A DNA stretch of 64,000 nucleotides from Clostridia bacterium (GTDB lineage Bacteria > Bacillota > Clostridia > TANB77 > CAG-508): contig JAFTJF010000011.1 in NCBI GenBank assembly GCA_017456555.1, forward strand, positions 35,831-99,830. The letters are read 5' to 3'. A program made the translations under genes and the position numbers. The notes below the pieces were generated by a model. The model made no database searches and was not told the DNA's origin. It worked only from the letters and a program-made list of their open reading frames with translations. Positions within the stretch are counted from its first letter, which is position 1; each line of letters opens with the position of its first letter. Below, piece by piece: positions 56,594-64,000 of the stretch.

Positions 56594-57916
56594 TTATTTA
56601 TCTATAATTGTAAAATAATCAAATTTTTCTAAAACATCATTGTTTAAACAATCTAAGTAACTTTCTAATTCGTCAATTGTGCTACAAGCTGCAATGATTA
56701 TTGGTTTAACTTGATTTTCAAATAATAATTTATTTGCATAATTTAAAGATTCAAAAAATGAAAGATTTGATTTTTCTTTTGCAAGTTTGAAAGTTTGTTT
56801 GAATCTTGAGATTGAAGTGTTTTCATAATTATCTAATGAAACTGTATATTCTTTTTCAATAATATCATTTATTGAAGAATATTTTTCGGGATTTTCTGAG
56901 AAAAAATCTTCTAAATCTAACAAAGAATAAGGTAATATTGCAATTTGAGCTTCATTATCAATAAGTAAAGTTTTTTCAGCAAAATTGATTTCAGAATCAT
57001 TTTCTACGATTACTGGTTTTGTTCCAGTAGTATTTTCTTCAACTACTTCGTCAGTAAGTGTTTCGGTTTCTGGAATGTTTTCTACTGATTTTTCAACAGA
57101 TTTTTCTTCTTCTTTTTGATATTCTTCAACAACTGTTTTTTCTTGAGCTTTTTCAGTAGATGCTTCGATAGATGTTTCTTCTGTAGTAGGTTGTTCAACA
57201 GAAGTTTCGATAACTGGTTCTGTTTTAGTAACACTTTCTTCAACGACAGCTTCAATAATAGGTTCTGTTTCTGTAATATCCTCTATAACAGTTGTTTCTT
57301 CGATTACTGATTCTATTTCAGTAATATTTTCTTTGACTACTACTTCATTTTCTTTAACAATTGTTTCAATAACATTTTCAGTTCCTACATTATTTTCTTC
57401 GATTACTTTTTTGGCAGATGTTTCAATTTCTTCTTTATTTTCTAATTTATTTTCTAGTTCTTCTGTTTTTAAATTATTTAAAGTTTCTGATTTTTTGTAA
57501 TTTAAACCAGAAAAATCAATTGAAGGAATAGATGTTAATTTATGCATAAAATCATTATAAGAATTATTTGTAGTTTCTATTTTTTCAGATAATTCTATAA
57601 ATTGATTATAGTATTTCTCGAAATCAATTATATTTAAAGATGTGGATTTTGATATATTTTCTATAAATAATTTTAATTCTATAAGTTTATCAATATTTGA
57701 TTTTATATTATCAAATATTTCTTGAACATTACTTAAGCATGAAACAAGAGCTTCAGAGTTTTCTGTATTAGTTGTATTACTAATATGATCTGAAACTTTT
57801 TCAAGATAAGAAAGTAGTGTTTTTTTGATTTCTCTTTGGTTTTCTAACATATTAGAAAGTAGAACTAACTGTTCATTGACAGTATTTTTATCAAATACAC
57901 ATTTTTGCATTGGCAT
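56594..57916 (-). CDS. Hypothetical protein: coiled-coil N-terminus, acidic T-E-x-(V/I)-I-E imperfect repeats, conserved-looking C-terminal domain
   Basis: Long ORF with RBS GGAGGAA, and a terminator at 56560-56595 shared with rlmB. Confidence 0.6.
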   Translation of the reverse strand: MPMQKCVFDKNTVNEQLVLLSNMLENQREIKKTLLSYLEKVSDHISNTTNTENSEALVSCLSNVQEIFDNIKSNIDKLIELKLFIENISKSTSLNIIDFEKYYNQFIELSEKIETTNNSYNDFMHKLTSIPSIDFSGLNYKKSETLNNLKTEELENKLENKEEIETSAKKVIEENNVGTENVIETIVKENEVVVKENITEIESVIEETTVIEDITETEPIIEAVVEESVTKTEPVIETSVEQPTTEETSIEASTEKAQEKTVVEEYQKEEEKSVEKSVENIPETETLTDEVVEENTTGTKPVIVENDSEINFAEKTLLIDNEAQIAILPYSLLDLEDFFSENPEKYSSINDIIEKEYTVSLDNYENTSISRFKQTFKLAKEKSNLSFFESLNYANKLLFENQVKPIIIAACSTIDELESYLDCLNNDVLEKFDYFTIIDK

Positions 57917-58050
57917 ATTCCTCCACTTTAATATCTAAATTATATTATAAAGTATAAAAAAATACAATAAAAATTTTATCTACTAAATAAAAAATACTTG
58001 CATTTTAAAATATAACGTGTTAAAATATTTTTGTTGAAAGAAATGAATCG

Positions 58051-58093
58051 AAACAGATTAAAAAAAAAACCCTTTTTTTAATCTGTTTTTTTT
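58051..58093 (+). terminator. Leader terminator between the promoter and the DUF1846-pyrG genes
   Basis: 16-bp A/U-rich stem AAACAGATTAAAAAAA / TTTTTTTAATCTGTTT, loop AAACCC, T8 tail. Promoter TTGCAT 57998-58003, 17 nt, TGtTAAAAT 58018-58026 lies upstream. Confidence 0.6.
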
Positions 58094-58143
58094 GTTTTTA
58101 AGCAGATGTGGAAATTAATTTAGGAAATGATGGAGGAAGAAAA

Positions 58144-59616
58144 GTGGAAATTGCATTTGATAATGATAAATATTTAAAAATTCAAAAAGAAAAAATCGAA
58201 GAAAGAATAAAAATGTTTGGAAACAAATTATATTTGGAGTTTGGTGGAAAAATATTTGATGACTACAATGCAAGTAGAGTATTACCAGGATTTAGTCCTG
58301 ATGCAAAAATTAGATTATTACAAGAATTTAAAGAAAATCTTGAAATAATATTTTGTATTAATGCTAGTAATATTCAAAAAAATAAAATAAGAGCAGATTA
58401 TGGAATTGGTTATGATGTTGAATTAATAAGATTAATAGAAAATATCCAAAAACTAGGCATTGAAATTAATAGTGTTGTTGTAACTATGTATACAGGTCAA
58501 GAAGAAGTTGAAAAATTAAAACAAACTTTAAATGACAAAAACATAAAAGTTTATATACATACACCAACAAAAGGATATCCAGATGATGTTGAAACTATTG
58601 TTAGTGAAGAGGGATATGGAAAGAATCCATATATTGAAACAACAAAAAAATTAGTTGTAGTTACTGCTCCAGGACCAAATAGTGGAAAACTTGGAACTTG
58701 TCTTTCTCAACTTTATCATGAACATAAAAGAGGAATAAAAGCAGGATATGCTAAATTTGAAACATTTCCTGTTTGGGATTTACCACTTATGCATCCAGTA
58801 AATATGTCTTATGAAGCTGCAACAGCAGATTTAGGAGATATGAATATGATAGATTCTTTTCACTTAGAAGAATATAATGTAAAAGCTGTAAATTATAATA
58901 GAGATATTTCTGCTTTCCCAATTTTGAAAAATATATTAAAAAGAATTTCAGGTGAAGATATTTACAAATCTCCAACAGATATGGGAGTAAATATGATTAG
59001 CCAATGTATAGTAAATGATGAAGTTGCACAAAATGCAGCAAAAATGGAAATAATAAGAAGATATTATGCAGCAATGTGTGATTACAAAAAGGGAATCGGA
59101 ACTGAAACTACTGTAGAAAAAATAAAAAAATTAATGAATACAGCTGGTATTTCAATATCTGATAGAGATATTGTAAAATATGCATTAGAAAAAGCCGAAA
59201 AAGAAAAAGTAAATGCATTAGCAATCAAACTTGAAAATGGGAAAGTAATAACAGGTAAAGAATCAGAATTATTAAGTGCTTCAAGTGCATTATTAATAAA
59301 TACAATAAAACAATTATCAGGAATTCCTGATGATGTATATTTATTATCACCAACAGTTTTGGAATCTATTTTTAAAATGAAACAAAAAACTTCATATAAA
59401 AGAAATTACTGTTTAAACTTACCAGAAGTTTTGATTGCGCTTAGTATTTGTGAACAAAACAATCCAATAATTGAAAAAACAATGGAAGCATTAGATAAAT
59501 TAAGAGGATTAGAAGCTCATAGTTCTTATGTGGTTTCAACAGCAGAACAAAAGGTTATAAAAAGTCTTGGAATAAACCTAACATGTGAGCCAAAACTTTT
59601 AGGATATGAAGAATAG
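58144..59616 (+). CDS. DUF1846 (UPF0371) family protein
   Basis: The N-terminus (V)EIAFDNDKYLKIQKEKI matches my recollection of the family start. GTG 58144 follows GGAGGA. The ORF in the track starts at 58108. Confidence 0.8.
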   Translation: MEIAFDNDKYLKIQKEKIEERIKMFGNKLYLEFGGKIFDDYNASRVLPGFSPDAKIRLLQEFKENLEIIFCINASNIQKNKIRADYGIGYDVELIRLIENIQKLGIEINSVVVTMYTGQEEVEKLKQTLNDKNIKVYIHTPTKGYPDDVETIVSEEGYGKNPYIETTKKLVVVTAPGPNSGKLGTCLSQLYHEHKRGIKAGYAKFETFPVWDLPLMHPVNMSYEAATADLGDMNMIDSFHLEEYNVKAVNYNRDISAFPILKNILKRISGEDIYKSPTDMGVNMISQCIVNDEVAQNAAKMEIIRRYYAAMCDYKKGIGTETTVEKIKKLMNTAGISISDRDIVKYALEKAEKEKVNALAIKLENGKVITGKESELLSASSALLINTIKQLSGIPDDVYLLSPTVLESIFKMKQKTSYKRNYCLNLPEVLIALSICEQNNPIIEKTMEALDKLRGLEAHSSYVVSTAEQKVIKSLGINLTCEPKLLGYEE

Positions 59617-59649
59617 AAAATTATATTTATAGAAAAGAGAGCGAAAAGT

Positions 59650-61257
59650 ATGAAAACAAAGTACATATTTATAACTGGAGGTGTTGTATCAGGTCTAGGA
59701 AAAGGAATAACAGCATCTTCACTAGGAAGACTATTAAAAAATAGAGGTTATAAAGTAGTTAATCAAAAATTTGATCCTTATATAAATGTAGATCCTGGAA
59801 CAATGAATCCAAAAGAACATGGAGAGGTTTTTGTAACAGAAGATGGAGCTGAAACAGATTTAGACTTAGGACATTATGAAAGATTTACAGATGTTAGCTT
59901 AAACCACAATTGCAGTGTTAGTTCAGGAAAAATATATCAAAATGTATTAACAAAAGAAAGAAGAGGAGATTATTTAGGTAAAACAGTTCAAGTAATTCCT
60001 CATGTAACAAACGAGATAAAAGATAACATATATAGTTTTGAAGGACAAGCTGATATTGTTATAACAGAACTTGGTGGAACTATTGGAGATATTGAAGGGT
60101 TAGCTTTTGTAGAAGCAATTAGGCAAGTAGGATTAGAACAAGATCCAGATGATGTTGTTTATATTCATGTTACTTTGCTTCCATACATTTCAGGTTCTTG
60201 TGAATTAAAATCAAAACCAACTCAACACTCTGTAAAAGAATTACAATCATTTGGAATAAAACCAGACATATTAGTTTGTAGAAGTGAAATAGATATTCCA
60301 GAAGATATTAGAGAAAAGTTAGCACTTTTCTGCAATGTAAGACCAGAAAATGTTATACCAAATCTTACAGCAGAAAACCTTTATGCAGTTCCATTAATGC
60401 TTGAAAAACATGGATTAGCTAAAGCTGTTTGTAAAAAATTAAGACTTGAAAAAATAGAACCACAAAATGAAGAATGGGAAAAATTAATTGAAAATATTAG
60501 AAATTTAAGTGGAGTGGTTAATATTGCTTTAGTTGGAAAATATATGCAACTTCAAGACTCTTATTTATCTGTTGCTGAAAGCTTAAGACATGGTGGTTTT
60601 GCAAATGGAGTAAAGGTCAATATTGGATTTATAGATTCTGAAACAATAACAGAAGAAACTGTAAAAGAAGTTTTAGGAGCGTATGATGGAATTTTAGTTC
60701 CAGGTGGATTTGGAAATAGAGGTATTGAAGGAAAAATAACAGCGATAAAATATGCTAGAGAAAATAATGTACCTTTTATGGGAATTTGTCTAGGAATGCA
60801 AATGGCTGTGGTTGAGTTTGCTAGAAATGTACTTGGATTAAAAGACGCAAATTCAGCCGAATTTAGTGAAACTACAGAAAATCCAGTTATACATATAATG
60901 GAAAATCAAAAAAATGTAACCGAAAAAGGTGGTACAATGAGACTTGGTAGTTATCCTTGTACTATAAAGAAAGATACTTTAGCATATAAAGTATATGGAG
61001 AAGAACATATCACAGAAAGACATAGACATAGATTTGAATATAATAATGATTATAAAGCATGTCTAGAAGCAGCAGGCCTAATTGCATCAGGAACATCACC
61101 AGATGGAAGTTTAGTTGAAATTGTTGAATATAAAAATCATCCATTTTTTATTGCAGGACAATTTCATCCTGAATTTAAGTCTAGACCTGATCGTCCAGCA
61201 CCAATTTTTAAAGCTTTTATAAAAGCAGCAAAAGAATATTTTAAAATAAAAAAATAA
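59650..61257 (+). CDS. pyrG: CTP synthase
   Basis: [16 protein letters not shown], and a glutaminase domain with GICLGMQ and HRHRFE. Confidence 0.96.
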   Translation: MKTKYIFITGGVVSGLGKGITASSLGRLLKNRGYKVVNQKFDPYINVDPGTMNPKEHGEVFVTEDGAETDLDLGHYERFTDVSLNHNCSVSSGKIYQNVLTKERRGDYLGKTVQVIPHVTNEIKDNIYSFEGQADIVITELGGTIGDIEGLAFVEAIRQVGLEQDPDDVVYIHVTLLPYISGSCELKSKPTQHSVKELQSFGIKPDILVCRSEIDIPEDIREKLALFCNVRPENVIPNLTAENLYAVPLMLEKHGLAKAVCKKLRLEKIEPQNEEWEKLIENIRNLSGVVNIALVGKYMQLQDSYLSVAESLRHGGFANGVKVNIGFIDSETITEETVKEVLGAYDGILVPGGFGNRGIEGKITAIKYARENNVPFMGICLGMQMAVVEFARNVLGLKDANSAEFSETTENPVIHIMENQKNVTEKGGTMRLGSYPCTIKKDTLAYKVYGEEHITERHRHRFEYNNDYKACLEAAGLIASGTSPDGSLVEIVEYKNHPFFIAGQFHPEFKSRPDRPAPIFKAFIKAAKEYFKIKK

Positions 61258-61296
61258 AATAAGGTATTGACATTTAATATAAATGGGTATAGAATT

Positions 61297-61323
61297 TTAG
61301 CAGTCAATAAAAACGACTGCTAA
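61297..61323. promoter_or_regulatory. CIRCE (HrcA) operator upstream of groES-groEL
   Basis: TTAGCAGTC-N9-GACTGCTAA against the consensus TTAGCACTC-N9-GAGTGCTAA. It directly follows the promoter TTGACA..TATAGAAT. Confidence 0.88.
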
Positions 61324-61441
61324 TTTTATTTTATAAAATTATATCTATTATGAAGTAAAATTAAATATTAATTTTCGTTACTTAAAAAAAGTATTAAGTA
61401 ATAGTGGGGGAATAAAAAAACTCGAGGATTCATAATTTTAG

Positions 61442-61771
<330 letters not shown>

Positions 61772-61812
61772 CTAATATATTAAATAAAATTTCAAAAGAT
61801 ATTAATGAATGA

Positions 61813-63462
<1,650 letters not shown>

Positions 63463-63528
63463 AATTAAATAATTATTATAAAAGAGCACGAATAAATCGT
63501 GCTCCTTTTTTGTGTAATTTTTTATAAA

Positions 63529-63654
63529 TTAGCAGCAACCTCTACCACCGTTATTTCCACAGCAGCAGAAAAGTATAATTAAAAGAATTATAATCCAAAG
63601 ACAATCATTGTCTCCTCCAAATAATCCGCATCCACAACCTCTGTTTTCTGGCAT
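63529..63654 (-). CDS. 41-aa Cys/Gly-rich small membrane peptide (YjcZ-like sporulation peptide family?)
   Basis: Not in the ORF track (under 60 aa). Strong RBS AAGGAGGA 8 nt before the ATG. Sequence MPENRGCGCGLFGGDNDCLWIIILLIILFCCCGNNGGRGCC. Shares the bidirectional terminator at 63481-63511 with groEL. Confidence 0.5.
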   Translation of the reverse strand: MPENRGCGCGLFGGDNDCLWIIILLIILFCCCGNNGGRGCC

Positions 63655-63948
63655 AATAAAAATCCTCCTTAAATAATTTATTTTTGATTTTCTTAAAAAT
63701 CTTTTGTATGTTATATAGTATGAATTTTGAAAATAAGTGTTACTGTAATTGAAATAAATAATCTAGAAATTTATTAGATTTTTAGAATGTATTAAAAGAA
63801 AATAATTGAAAAATAAAAGTAATTTTAAATGTTTTATTTTTTTACTTGATTTTAAAAAACAAATGTTTTATAATATCTTCGAGGAAATTATTATAACAAT
63901 CAATTTTATAAAATATTGAAAAAATATATAGTAGAGGTGTTTTGAAAA

Positions 63949-64000
63949 ATGAATTATATGTGCAAATATAACTCAGAAATTGGTAATATAATAATAGTAA
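63949..64000 (+). CDS. 5' end of an ORF running off the right edge (N-terminus reminiscent of Ogt/MGMT-type methyltransferases)
   Basis: RBS GAGGTG 9 nt upstream. Only 17 codons are visible (MNYMCKYNSEIGNIIIV). Confidence 0.3.
   Translation, partial: MNYMCKYNSEIGNIIIV

Overview
This window is low-GC chromosomal DNA (hand-counted 60-nt samples give about 15-30% G+C), standard genetic code, from a Firmicutes/Clostridia-like bacterium. All calls rest on motif recognition and reading the sequence by eye; no database search was run.

**Housekeeping backbone:** trpS, obg, lexA, mutS2, mgtE, clpC, a nifS-type desulfurase, nfeD/SPFH, mltG, T-box-aspS, lysS, tsaD, lepA, rlmB, a DUF1846 gene with pyrG, and CIRCE-groES-groEL. 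There are five tRNA genes.

**Accessory patches:**
- An ArsR/P1B-ATPase metal module, followed by a single-gene islet of about 43% G+C (5.99-6.66 kb).
- A 5-kb accessory tract between mutS2 and a tRNA(CAT) gene (12.8-17.95 kb). It holds three small, independently promoted genes, an ECF sigma/anti-sigma pair and two exported proteins. A 43-nt terminator block that includes the tRNA 3' end is repeated through it.
- DUF2975/XRE/DUF4173 and PadR/membrane-protein modules.
- Two exported proteins downstream of a four-tRNA cluster.
- A two-component system whose histidine kinase carries an in-frame TAA.

**Main finding (44.7-49.0 kb):** a 13-codon leader peptide with three consecutive His codons is followed by mutually exclusive hairpins and a strong terminator. 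This is ribosome-mediated attenuation logic. It sits upstream of an amino-acid ABC transporter whose ATPase is read in one ORF with an Xaa-His dipeptidase (PepD). I propose a histidine-sensing His or His-dipeptide scavenging module.

**Other observations:** a roughly 90-bp palindromic MITE/REP-like element in two copies, a leader terminator ahead of the DUF1846-pyrG pair, an Arg-rich repeat extension on RlmB, and a 41-codon Cys-rich ORF missing from the ORF track. I saw no CRISPR array, rRNA gene, transposase, integrase or recognisable defence genes.
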